From an uncultured Alphaproteobacteria bacterium (GTDB lineage Bacteria; Pseudomonadota; Alphaproteobacteria; HIMB59; GCA-002718135), in contig CACNUO010000001.1 in assembly GCA_902623585.1 (NCBI GenBank), positions 7,564-71,563 on the forward strand: DNA of 64,000 nucleotides. The letters are read 5' to 3'. Positions 29,236 through 38,076 of the stretch are shown one piece after another. The translations under genes were made by a program, and so were the position numbers. A model generated the notes under the pieces. It worked only from the letters and a program-made list of their open reading frames with translations. It did no database searches and was not told the DNA's origin. Position 1 is the stretch's first letter, and every line of letters starts with the position of its first letter.

Positions 29236-30357
29236 ATGCTCTTATCTGCCATTAAAGAAAATGATAACAATGAGACAAGAGTCTCTATATCCCCTGAATC
29301 AGTAAAACTTTTTTCTAGACTGGGTTTTGAAGTTATAATTGAAAATGGAGCGGGAGAAACTTCAGGATATCAAAATTCAAATTATGAAGAAGCTGGAGCA
29401 AAAATTGTTACGAGATCTGAATGCTTGAAGGCTGATGTTTGTTTATGTGTTAGAATGCCAAGCACTGATGACATAAATAACTTAAAAAGTAATTCATTAC
29501 TTATTGGAATTTTAAACCCATATGAAAATAAATCTGAATTTTCTAATTTAAACAAAAACAAAATATCTTCATGTTGTATGGAATTAATTCCTAGAATAAG
29601 TAGAGCGCAAAGTATGGATGTTCTATCATCTCAAGCTAACTTAGCGGGATATAGAAGTGTAATTGATGCAGCAGAGCAATTTGGAAAAGCTTTTCCAATG
29701 ATGATGACTGCTGCAGGAAGAGTAAATCCAGCAAAAGTTATGATACTTGGCGTAGGAGTTGCTGGTTTACAAGCTATTGCAACAGCAAAAAGACTTGGCG
29801 CAGTAGTGTCTGCCACTGATGTAAGAGCAGCAACTAAGGAACAAGTTGAAAGTCTTGGTGGAAAATTCATAATGGTTGAAGATGATGAAGCTCAAAATGC
29901 TGAAACAGAAGGTGGTTATGCAAAGGAAATGAGTGAAGATTATAAGAAAAAACAAGCTCAGTTGATAGCTGAAACAGTTTCAAAACAAGATATAGTAATT
30001 TGTACAGCTCTTATTCCTGGGAAAAAAGCTCCAGTTTTAATAACAGAAGAAATGGTTTCTTCTATGATTCCGGGTTCAGTAGTAATTGATTTGGCTGTGG
30101 AAGCAGGAGGTAATTGCCCTTTAAGTAAAATGAATGAAATAGTTATGCATAATGGAGTAAAAATCGTTGGTTATGGAAATGTTCCTGGAAGAGTGGCTAA
30201 AGATGCCTCAGCACTGTATGCTAAAAATATTTTTAACTTTTTAAGTTTGTTAATAGACAAAGAAAATAAAAAAATAAATTTTGATTTTGATGATGAAATA
30301 ATTAATTCTGTTTTGCTTACGCATGACGGGGATGTAAGATTGGAGCAATTTAAGTAA
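29236..30357 (+). CDS. pntAA: NAD(P) transhydrogenase subunit alpha part 1 (dI domain)
   Basis: 373 aa. GVGVAGLQAIATAKRLGA Rossmann motif; followed by pntAB and pntB. Confidence 0.95.
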   Translation: MLLSAIKENDNNETRVSISPESVKLFSRLGFEVIIENGAGETSGYQNSNYEEAGAKIVTRSECLKADVCLCVRMPSTDDINNLKSNSLLIGILNPYENKSEFSNLNKNKISSCCMELIPRISRAQSMDVLSSQANLAGYRSVIDAAEQFGKAFPMMMTAAGRVNPAKVMILGVGVAGLQAIATAKRLGAVVSATDVRAATKEQVESLGGKFIMVEDDEAQNAETEGGYAKEMSEDYKKKQAQLIAETVSKQDIVICTALIPGKKAPVLITEEMVSSMIPGSVVIDLAVEAGGNCPLSKMNEIVMHNGVKIVGYGNVPGRVAKDASALYAKNIFNFLSLLIDKENKKINFDFDDEIINSVLLTHDGDVRLEQFK

Positions 30358-30358
30358 C

Positions 30359-30676
30359 ATGGAAGCACATTCTTCAGAAGTTTTTGTTATTGGATTAACA
30401 GTATTTTTCTTAGCTTGTATTATTGGCTATTATGTAGTTTGGTCAGTTACTCCTGCTTTACATAGTCCATTGATGGGTGTGACGAATGCAATATCAAGTG
30501 TAATTATAGTTGGTGCAATTTTGGCGGCCGGTCCTCAAGGTTTTGATACTTCAAAAATTTTTGGATTAATTGGTGTTGTATTAGCTTCAGTTAATATTTT
30601 TGGAGGTTTCTTAGTAACATATAGAATGCTCTCAATGTTTAAGAAAAAAACAAAAAAAACAAAGGAAAAAGAATAA
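30359..30676 (+). CDS. pntAB: NAD(P) transhydrogenase subunit alpha part 2 (membrane dII-alpha)
   Basis: 105 aa, 3 TM. Starts 1 nt after the pntAA stop. Confidence 0.9.
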   Translation: MEAHSSEVFVIGLTVFFLACIIGYYVVWSVTPALHSPLMGVTNAISSVIIVGAILAAGPQGFDTSKIFGLIGVVLASVNIFGGFLVTYRMLSMFKKKTKKTKEKE

Positions 30677-32070
30677 TGTCTTCTAACATGGTTGCGATAT
30701 TATATTTAATTTCTGCGTTATTATTTATCTTTGCTCTAAGAGGTTTATCTCACCCTGAATCTTCAAGAATGGGTAACATTTTTGGTGTTATTGGTATGAT
30801 TATAGCGGTGTTCACAACGCTAATGTTCAAATCAGTTCTTAGTTATTATGAAATTGGTGCCGCGATACTTATTGGTGGTGCCATAGGTTCATTTATTGCT
30901 TTAAGAATAGAGATGACAGCATTACCTCAATTAGTGGCGGCTTTTCATAGCTTAGTAGGTTTAGCTGCTGTATTTGTTGCTGCTGCTGCATTCTATGATC
31001 CCGTAGCTTTTAGTATTGGAAAAGTTGGTTCGATAAAAACTGCTAGTTTAGTTGAGATGAGTATTGGAACATTTATTGGTGCTATCACTTTCTCTGGATC
31101 AGTTTTAGCTTTTGGTAAATTACAAGGTACAATTTCAGGAAAACCAATAGTATTTAAGTTCCAGCACCTTATAAATGCACTAATTTTCCTTCTAATTATT
31201 TTCTTGATTGTACTATTTGTGATTAATCAATCTCCAACAATCTTTTGGACAATAGTCATTGTTTCAATATTACTAGGATTTCTTGTAGTAATTCCTATTG
31301 GCGGAGCTGACATGCCAGTTGTCGTTTCTATGCTAAACTCTTATTCAGGTTGGGCAGCTTGTGGTATAGGATTTACCCTAAGTAATAATCTCTTAATCAT
31401 AACCGGTGCTCTTGTTGGAGCGTCTGGTGCAATATTGAGTTATATAATGAGTAAAGGGATGAATAGATCAATTATTAATGTTGTTCTAGGAGGTTTTGGT
31501 GGTGAGCAAGACACTAGTGCTAGTAAGGATAACTCAGACAAAATTGTTAAACAAGGTAATGCAGAGGATGCAGCATATATAATGAAAAACGCTGACTCTG
31601 TAATTATTGTACCAGGATATGGAATGGCTGTCGCACAAGCTCAACATGCTTTAAGAGAAATGGGTGACATATTAAAAAAAGAAGGAATAGAGGTAAGATA
31701 TGCGATACATCCAGTTGCCGGAAGAATGCCAGGTCATATGAATGTTTTACTGGCTGAAGCTAATGTTCCTTATGAAGAAGTTTTGGAGTTAGATGAAATT
31801 AATCATGATTTTCCTATGACAGAGGTTTCTTTTGTTATTGGGGCAAATGATGTAACAAATCCAGCTGCAAAAACAGATGAGTCCTCTCCTATTTTTGGCA
31901 TGCCTATTTTAGATGTAGAAAAATCTCAGAGCGTTCTATTTGTAAAACGTTCAATGGCAACTGGTTATTCTGGTGTTGATAATGAGTTGTTTTATAGAGA
32001 TAATACAACTATGCTATTTGGAGATGCTAAAAAAATGTGTGAGGATATAGTAAAAAGTTTGTCTTCTTAA
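30676..32070 (+). CDS. pntB: NAD(P) transhydrogenase subunit beta
   Basis: 464 aa. Membrane N-half and dIII domain with [11 protein letters not shown]. The start overlaps the pntAB stop (TAATG). Confidence 0.95.
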   Translation: MSSNMVAILYLISALLFIFALRGLSHPESSRMGNIFGVIGMIIAVFTTLMFKSVLSYYEIGAAILIGGAIGSFIALRIEMTALPQLVAAFHSLVGLAAVFVAAAAFYDPVAFSIGKVGSIKTASLVEMSIGTFIGAITFSGSVLAFGKLQGTISGKPIVFKFQHLINALIFLLIIFLIVLFVINQSPTIFWTIVIVSILLGFLVVIPIGGADMPVVVSMLNSYSGWAACGIGFTLSNNLLIITGALVGASGAILSYIMSKGMNRSIINVVLGGFGGEQDTSASKDNSDKIVKQGNAEDAAYIMKNADSVIIVPGYGMAVAQAQHALREMGDILKKEGIEVRYAIHPVAGRMPGHMNVLLAEANVPYEEVLELDEINHDFPMTEVSFVIGANDVTNPAAKTDESSPIFGMPILDVEKSQSVLFVKRSMATGYSGVDNELFYRDNTTMLFGDAKKMCEDIVKSLSS

Positions 32071-32264
32071 TCGTTGCTTCTTTTTGCTGATTTTCTAGCT
32101 CTTCTAATATTTTCTTCCTTTTCTCTAGCGCGTTTCAAACAAGGTTTTTCATAGTGTTTACGAAGTTTCATTTCTTTATACAAACCTTCACGCTGCATTT
32201 TCTTTTTAAGCATTCTAATTGCTTGTTCTACATTATTATCTTTTACATTTACAAAAAGTGTCAT
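32067..32264 (-). CDS. rpsU: 30S ribosomal protein S21
   Basis: 65 aa. [37 protein letters not shown] is the S21 signature. Confidence 0.95.
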   Translation of the reverse strand: MTLFVNVKDNNVEQAIRMLKKKMQREGLYKEMKLRKHYEKPCLKRAREKEENIRRARKSAKRSND

Positions 32265-32358
32265 TGGGTGGCCCTAGTAACATAAACTCATATTATTTGC
32301 AAACCGATATATTGAATTAATCTATTGGTATATTAGAAAAAATACTTATATTTATCAT

Positions 32359-32889
32359 GTGTCTATTCTAAAAATATCAAAAATCGGTCATCCTATCTTA
32401 CTTAAAGAATGTTCTGAGATAAAAGAATTCTCTTCAGATTCTCTAAAAAAAATAGTTTATGATATGTCTGAAACAATGCTTGACTATAACGGTATAGGTT
32501 TAGCAGCACCCCAAGTACATATTTCAAAGAAAATAATAGTATTTCGTAATCCTGATAATGAAGAGAAAGATAAAATTGAGATAACACCATTAATAAATCC
32601 TATTTTTACACCCATGGGAAAAGAAACTGAGGATGATTGGGAAGGTTGTTTATCAATACCTGGTATGCAGGGTTTAGTTAGAAGATTTAAAAAAATCAAA
32701 TATTCTGGATTTGATCTTGAAGGCAAAGAAATTGAAAATGAAGTTGAAGGCTTACACGCAAGGGTAGTACAACATGAGGTAGATCACTTAAACGGCATTT
32801 TGTATACATCACGCTTAGCACATAAAAATGCTTTTGGTTTTGAAAAAGAAATAACTACATATTGGAAAAATGAACAAAACAGAAAATAA
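32359..32889 (+). CDS. def: peptide deformylase
   Basis: GIGLAAPQV, EGCLS and QHEVDHLNG motifs. The start is GTG; the adjacent out-of-frame ATG at 32357 terminates after 4 codons. Confidence 0.95.
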   Translation: MSILKISKIGHPILLKECSEIKEFSSDSLKKIVYDMSETMLDYNGIGLAAPQVHISKKIIVFRNPDNEEKDKIEITPLINPIFTPMGKETEDDWEGCLSIPGMQGLVRRFKKIKYSGFDLEGKEIENEVEGLHARVVQHEVDHLNGILYTSRLAHKNAFGFEKEITTYWKNEQNRK

Positions 32890-33487
32890 AAAAAAAGAAG
32901 ATATACTTAAAAAAACAAAAAAAATCGTATCAATTGAAGGTTGGTCATCAGAAATATTTTCAAAATTACAAAAACAAAATATAGAAAAAAATGATTTATT
33001 CTATTTTTTTCCTGATGGATATAAAGATTTATTAGAATATGCTTTACAAAATATTAATGAAAAACTTGAATATAAATTAAAAAAAATTAATTTAATTAAT
33101 TTTCCAATTAACAAAAGAATAAAAAAAATATTATTATTACGATTTGATATATTAAATGAAGATAAAGAATTTTATAAAAAAACCTTTAACCATCTTTTGC
33201 TACCCACAAATAACAAAATATCAAAAAAGTGTTTATATAATTCAGTAAGTACAATGTGGTATTTAGCTGGAGATAATTCAACAGATTTCAATTTTTATAC
33301 AAAAAGACTGATTTTATCAGGAGTATATACTAATGCCTTGTTCGTTTTTTTTTCAAAAGAAATGAAGCATGTTGAAGAAAATATTGATATAAATCTAAAG
33401 AGAATATCAAAAATTCCAAGAATTAAGGAAAGAATGTCTTTTATTAAGGATAGCGCTCCTAAATTTTTAAAAAGTTTTTTAGCTTAA
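32870..33487 (+). CDS. COQ9-family protein (alphaproteobacterial 'rpsU-divergently transcribed protein', TIGR02396-like)
   Basis: 205 aa. ...GWS...LFYFFPDGYKDLL... and DFNFYTKRLILSGVY resemble the COQ9 C-terminal lipid-binding domain. It lies near rpsU, as the family name implies. Assigned by recall, not by search. Confidence 0.6.
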   Translation: MNKTENKKKEDILKKTKKIVSIEGWSSEIFSKLQKQNIEKNDLFYFFPDGYKDLLEYALQNINEKLEYKLKKINLINFPINKRIKKILLLRFDILNEDKEFYKKTFNHLLLPTNNKISKKCLYNSVSTMWYLAGDNSTDFNFYTKRLILSGVYTNALFVFFSKEMKHVEENIDINLKRISKIPRIKERMSFIKDSAPKFLKSFLA

Positions 33488-33684
33488 GCTATACTATCTG
33501 GCTCTAATTTATTTTGAATTTCTAATATTTTATCTTTTAGGATTAATTTTCTTTTTTTTAACCTTTGAATTTGTAAAAAATCTACAGTATTTTTTTCTTG
33601 AAGTCGAATGAGTATTTCATCAAGATCTCTGTGTTCTTGTTCAAAATTTTTTAAAATTTCTATAAGTTTGTTTATGTCATCCAT
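33484..33684 (-). CDS. DUF465 (YdcH-like) small coiled-coil protein
   Basis: Track ORF 33484..33756. I prefer ATG 33684 (MDDINKLIEILKNFEQEHRDLDEILIRLQ...LQIQRLKKRKLILKDKI), which gives the typical ~66-aa DUF465 pattern. Confidence 0.7.
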   Translation of the reverse strand: MDDINKLIEILKNFEQEHRDLDEILIRLQEKNTVDFLQIQRLKKRKLILKDKILEIQNKLEPDSIA

Positions 33685-33728
33685 GAAAATAAATAAGTAA
33701 AAATATAATAATAGTATATAAACACCCT

Positions 33729-34814
33729 GTGGTAAAAAAAATAGCAATTTTAACAAGTGGTGGAGATTGTGCAGGTTTAAATGCAGTAATTAGAGCTGTT
33801 ACCTTGAGAGCACATAATAAGTACAATTGGGAAGTCTGTGGAATTAAAGATGGAACATTAGGCCTGTTGAAAGAACCACTGGACGTTATCAAATTAGATC
33901 CTCAAAATTTTGAGGGTAGCTTAATGAGAATGGGTGGAACTTTTTTAGGATCAAATAACAAAGGCAACCCTTTTAAAAAAATTATAAGGAATGGAAAAAA
34001 AATAGACTCATCTGATTTAGTTATAGAAGGTTTTAAAAAATTAGAAATAGATGCACTAATAGGTATCGGTGGAGATGGAAGTTTAAAAATTCTCCAAAGT
34101 ATTACAAAAAAAGGTAATATAAATTTTGTTGGTATTCCAAAGACTATAGACAATGATGTAAAGCATAATGAGCTTTCTATAGGATATGATACTGCAGTTG
34201 ATGTTGCAACAAATGCATTAGATATGCTTCAACCAACAGCTGCTAGCCACAGAAGAGTAATGATTTTAGAAGTAATGGGCAGAGATGCAGGTCACATTGC
34301 TTTGAATGCAGGAATAGCTGGAGGAGCAGATGTTATTTTGATTCCGGAGATTCAATATTCTATAAAATCTATTGCTGACCATATTGAGAAACTTAGATCT
34401 AAAGGAAGAAATCATGCATTAATCGTTGTTGCAGAAGCTGTAAAAAAAGAAAACGGTAAAAAAGCTACAGTGAAATATGTTGATGGAGAGGTGCGCCTTG
34501 GAGGGATTGGAAATTATCTTGGTGATGAAATCTATAAAATAACAGACTCAGAAACAAGAGTCACAGTTCTAGGGCATGTTCAAAGAGGTGCTCAACCAAC
34601 TCATAGAGATCGTTTAATTGCAAGTGCCTTTGGGGTTCATGCGGTTGATTTAATTGCAAAGAAAAAATTTAATAGAGTAGTTGTATGGAAAGACAGAGGA
34701 GTACAAGATTTGATGCTTAGTCAAGTTGCTGGATATTCAAAAACTGTTCAAAAAAATGATCCTTTGATTAAAGTGGCTGAAGGACTTGGAATTTATATTG
34801 GTGAAATAAACTAA
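33729..34814 (+). CDS. pfk: 6-phosphofructokinase (ATP-type motif GGDGS)
   Basis: 361 aa. ILTSGGDCAGLNAVIR, IGGDGSL, PKTIDNDV and MGRDAGHIAL. GTG start. Confidence 0.9.
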   Translation: MVKKIAILTSGGDCAGLNAVIRAVTLRAHNKYNWEVCGIKDGTLGLLKEPLDVIKLDPQNFEGSLMRMGGTFLGSNNKGNPFKKIIRNGKKIDSSDLVIEGFKKLEIDALIGIGGDGSLKILQSITKKGNINFVGIPKTIDNDVKHNELSIGYDTAVDVATNALDMLQPTAASHRRVMILEVMGRDAGHIALNAGIAGGADVILIPEIQYSIKSIADHIEKLRSKGRNHALIVVAEAVKKENGKKATVKYVDGEVRLGGIGNYLGDEIYKITDSETRVTVLGHVQRGAQPTHRDRLIASAFGVHAVDLIAKKKFNRVVVWKDRGVQDLMLSQVAGYSKTVQKNDPLIKVAEGLGIYIGEIN

Positions 34815-35569
34815 AAATTCCCTAATTTTTTCCATATATAAAAATATATTTTGTAAGGTAATATCCTTGTAAATTTAAAAAAATATACAATCAAATAGGG
34901 AAAAATTATTTCAAATTCTTTACCTTTAGTTAATCTATCGAATATTTTTTTTCCTGCATATTCAGCACTTTTTAAAAAAGGCATTTTGAAGCTATTTTTT
35001 TTGGTTGCTTCGGTATCAATAAAACCTGGACATATGACTCTAACATTAATGTTCAACTTTTTGAAATCAAAATACAAGCTTTCACTCAAGCTTAATTGAG
35101 CTGCCTTAGAAATACCATATGCCCCAGCTGTTGGCCAACCTCTATATCCCAAAGGTGAAGAAATAATGGCAATCGTATTATTTCTATTTTTCATAACATC
35201 TTTTAATTTGTTAACACAATACAAAGTACCTTTGATATTTACATCTACTAGCAATTCGTAGTTTGAAATATCAAATATTTGATTTTTGTTTGGACTATAA
35301 GCTGATGCATTTAATAATGCTATATCAATTTTACCAATATTTTTTTCTATAGAATTAATCGTTTCATCAACATCATTTTTTGAAGAAATATCACATACAA
35401 TAGCATGAACTAAATTTTTATTATTTTTTATTTCTAATTTTTTTTTTGCAGATTCAAGTTTTATTTTATTACTTGAAGAAATTACAACTTGCCAATTATT
35501 ATTTACAAATTCTTTTGCTGTAGCAAAACCAATACCTGAAGATCCACCAGTAATCCATATAGTTTGCAA
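34811..35569 (-). CDS. classical short-chain dehydrogenase/reductase with hydrophobic C-terminal tail
   Basis: TGGSSGIG, NASAY and YGISKAA (YxxxK) motifs. The TTG start lies immediately after the upstream gene's TAG. Confidence 0.85.
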   Translation of the reverse strand: MQTIWITGGSSGIGFATAKEFVNNNWQVVISSSNKIKLESAKKKLEIKNNKNLVHAIVCDISSKNDVDETINSIEKNIGKIDIALLNASAYSPNKNQIFDISNYELLVDVNIKGTLYCVNKLKDVMKNRNNTIAIISSPLGYRGWPTAGAYGISKAAQLSLSESLYFDFKKLNINVRVICPGFIDTEATKKNSFKMPFLKSAEYAGKKIFDRLTKGKEFEIIFPYLIVYFFKFTRILPYKIYFYIWKKLGNF

Positions 35570-36253
35570 CTATAGACTCCAATCATTACGAATTATTGTT
35601 ATAATATTTTTTTTATCATTAGGATTTTTGAATTCCATTTTCATGAGCTCTTTTTCAAAATACCAAAGTGTATATTCAGGGAATGGCCCTTTATCTTTTG
35701 GATTTCTTGATGCATTGAAAACATACTTATTAGCTAATATTTCAATGTCATTGATTTTTATATTTTCATCTTCAAGTTTCTTTACTTCTATAGTTCTTAC
35801 TATACCTTTTTGAGTGTCAAATACTTCTACCTCATTTAACATTTCAATATTCCAATAATTTAATGGTACTATATTTTTATCTAATTTTAATTCTCCATCC
35901 ATACCACTAGCAATAAAAAAATTGTCTTCATCATTTCCAATTATTTTATATTCTCGATCATCTTCGAAGTCTGTAAATCCATCTATTGATACAAATTCAC
36001 CATTTTTCCAAGTTTCTTTAGTTTCTTGAAAAAATTTGTATGCTGGAAAAAATAAAACTTTAACATTTATCTTTAAGACCGAATGTATAATGACACTATC
36101 TTCATTATGTTCAAATTTTGATATTAAGCTTCCAATATTTTTCTTTTTTCTAATTACATCATAACTTACCTCATTATCTTCTGGTATTGGAAATGGTTGA
36201 CTAAAAACGCTTAAAGAAAAAACAGATAAACAAATTATAAAGATATATTTCAC
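35570..36253 (-). CDS. hypothetical secreted/periplasmic protein (beta-rich; family not recognised with confidence)
   Basis: 227 aa. Signal peptide MKYIFIICLSVFSLSVFS. The GTG start overlaps the upstream SDR stop as GTGA. It sits between two SDR genes downstream of ctaA. Confidence 0.6.
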   Translation of the reverse strand: MKYIFIICLSVFSLSVFSQPFPIPEDNEVSYDVIRKKKNIGSLISKFEHNEDSVIIHSVLKINVKVLFFPAYKFFQETKETWKNGEFVSIDGFTDFEDDREYKIIGNDEDNFFIASGMDGELKLDKNIVPLNYWNIEMLNEVEVFDTQKGIVRTIEVKKLEDENIKINDIEILANKYVFNASRNPKDKGPFPEYTLWYFEKELMKMEFKNPNDKKNIITIIRNDWSL

Positions 36254-36975
36254 GATTTAATTCTTAGTGATGATCTTCCACCATCTATATGAAATATTTG
36301 TCCAGTTATCCAACTATTTTTATCACTTAATAGAAAACTTCCAATATCAGAGAAATCATCACCAGATCCAATTTTAGGTAGAGGATGCATATTTTCAATT
36401 GCTTTCTTAATAGTTTCATTACTAATCAACTTTTGTGTCATTTTTGCGTCAGTTAAACTTGGCGCTATACAATTTACTTTGATTTTTGGAGCAAATTCAG
36501 CAGCTAAACTCAAAGTAAGCCCTTCAATAGCACCTTTCGCGGTAGAAATTATTGTGTGATTAGTAAAACCTTGTTTTACAGCAATAGTTGAATAAAGAAG
36601 AATACTGCCATTATTTTTGGCAAGAGTTTCTTGATTAAACTTAATCGCATTTATAGCACTAAGTGTATTTATTTTAAAAGAATCAATAAAATCTTCATCC
36701 TTAGTCATTTTAAGAGGTTTTAAATTTATAGAGCCGACACAAAAAGCAATACCACTTAATTGATCTTTGTATTCTTCTGAAATACTCTTAACTTTATTAA
36801 AATCTAAAACATCACACACCTTGTATTCACATCCAATTTCTTCAGATAATTGTTTTAATTCTGTTTCATTTCTAGAAATAATTATTGGATCATAGTTATT
36901 GCTTTTCAGTTTTTTTGATAATGATTTCCCAATAGAACCCGTGCCTCCAAAGACAAATATATTTTTGTTAGACAT
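36250..36975 (-). CDS. atypical SDR-fold oxidoreductase (Rossmann GGTGSIG present; catalytic Tyr apparently replaced)
   Basis: 241 aa. FVFGGTGSIGKS and a C-terminal ...ITGQIFHIDGG typical of SDRs. The expected YxxxK position reads IISTAK by my hand alignment. The ATG overlaps the ctaA stop by 8 nt. Confidence 0.7.
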   Translation of the reverse strand: MSNKNIFVFGGTGSIGKSLSKKLKSNNYDPIIISRNETELKQLSEEIGCEYKVCDVLDFNKVKSISEEYKDQLSGIAFCVGSINLKPLKMTKDEDFIDSFKINTLSAINAIKFNQETLAKNNGSILLYSTIAVKQGFTNHTIISTAKGAIEGLTLSLAAEFAPKIKVNCIAPSLTDAKMTQKLISNETIKKAIENMHPLPKIGSGDDFSDIGSFLLSDKNSWITGQIFHIDGGRSSLRIKS

Positions 36976-38023
36976 TGTTGACCTTTCTAATTTTAATTTG
37001 ATGATAACTAATTAATAAAGTTGATAACAACAAAATTGAATTAGTTTGATGTAAACTTGCAACTGGTAAGTAAACATTACTTAAAAGAGTTATAATACCT
37101 AATATTACTTGTAAGGTTAGAAAGAATAGAACTAAATAGACGAGAGTACTTGAAACGTTTTTATTATCAAATTTAATAAATTTAAAACAAACAAAAAGGA
37201 TATAAAAAAAAACAAATATTGATAACCAACGGTGGTTAAAATTTATTGCAACTGTATTTTCAAAAATATTATAAATACCTAAATCATAAATAATGTAATC
37301 ATCAGGTATAATTTTTCCATTCATTAGTGGAAAAGTATTAAAAGATTGTCCAGAGTTCGTTCCTGCCATAAATCCACCTGTTGCAATTGTTATAAATATT
37401 AAGATTACAGCAATTAAAATATAAAATTCAATTGTCTTTGGATTAGATAAAAAACTTATATTAGAAGAATACCTGTAATCCATTGCTATCCATAATAGTA
37501 TAGAGAAAATTATAAGAGCATTTAAAAGATGAAAAGTAAGTCTATAAGGGCTTACGTAAGGATTTTCAGTCAAACCACTCTTTACCATCCACCATCCGAT
37601 AACTGCTTGAAACAAACCAAACACAAAGACAATACCAAGCCTTATATACATTGATGATTGAATTTGCTTTTTAAAACTAAAATAAATTAATGGTATTAAA
37701 AAGACAACTCCTATGGCTCTTGCAAATATTCTATGAAACCACTCCCACCAAAAAATATATTTAAACTCATTTAACGTCATATTTTTGTTAACTATTTTGT
37801 ATTCTGGTGTTTGTTTATACATTTCGAATACAACCAACCAACTTTCTAAACTAAGTGGAGGAATTACACCTAAAATTGGACGCCAGTCAGTCATAGAAAG
37901 TCCAGAGTCGGTTAATCTTGTTAGACCTCCTATTACTATAATTAATAAAACCATTGCGGTTATTGTCAATAGCCATATATAAATCGCAGGATTATAATAT
38001 TTTGAAGTATTAGAGTAATTCAT
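36968..38023 (-). CDS. ctaA: heme A synthase (COX15/CtaA, alphaproteobacterial/mitochondrial type)
   Basis: 351 aa, 8 TM. GGLTRLTDSGLSMTDW N-terminal motif and conserved His in TM helices (WFHRIFA, TFHLLNA, NHRWLS, SLHQTNS). Confidence 0.9.
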   Translation of the reverse strand: MNYSNTSKYYNPAIYIWLLTITAMVLLIIVIGGLTRLTDSGLSMTDWRPILGVIPPLSLESWLVVFEMYKQTPEYKIVNKNMTLNEFKYIFWWEWFHRIFARAIGVVFLIPLIYFSFKKQIQSSMYIRLGIVFVFGLFQAVIGWWMVKSGLTENPYVSPYRLTFHLLNALIIFSILLWIAMDYRYSSNISFLSNPKTIEFYILIAVILIFITIATGGFMAGTNSGQSFNTFPLMNGKIIPDDYIIYDLGIYNIFENTVAINFNHRWLSIFVFFYILFVCFKFIKFDNKNVSSTLVYLVLFFLTLQVILGIITLLSNVYLPVASLHQTNSILLLSTLLISYHQIKIRKVNNV

Positions 38024-38076
38024 TCAGAATATATATAATCTCTAGAAATAATAAAAAAAGTTGTTATTTTTCACAT

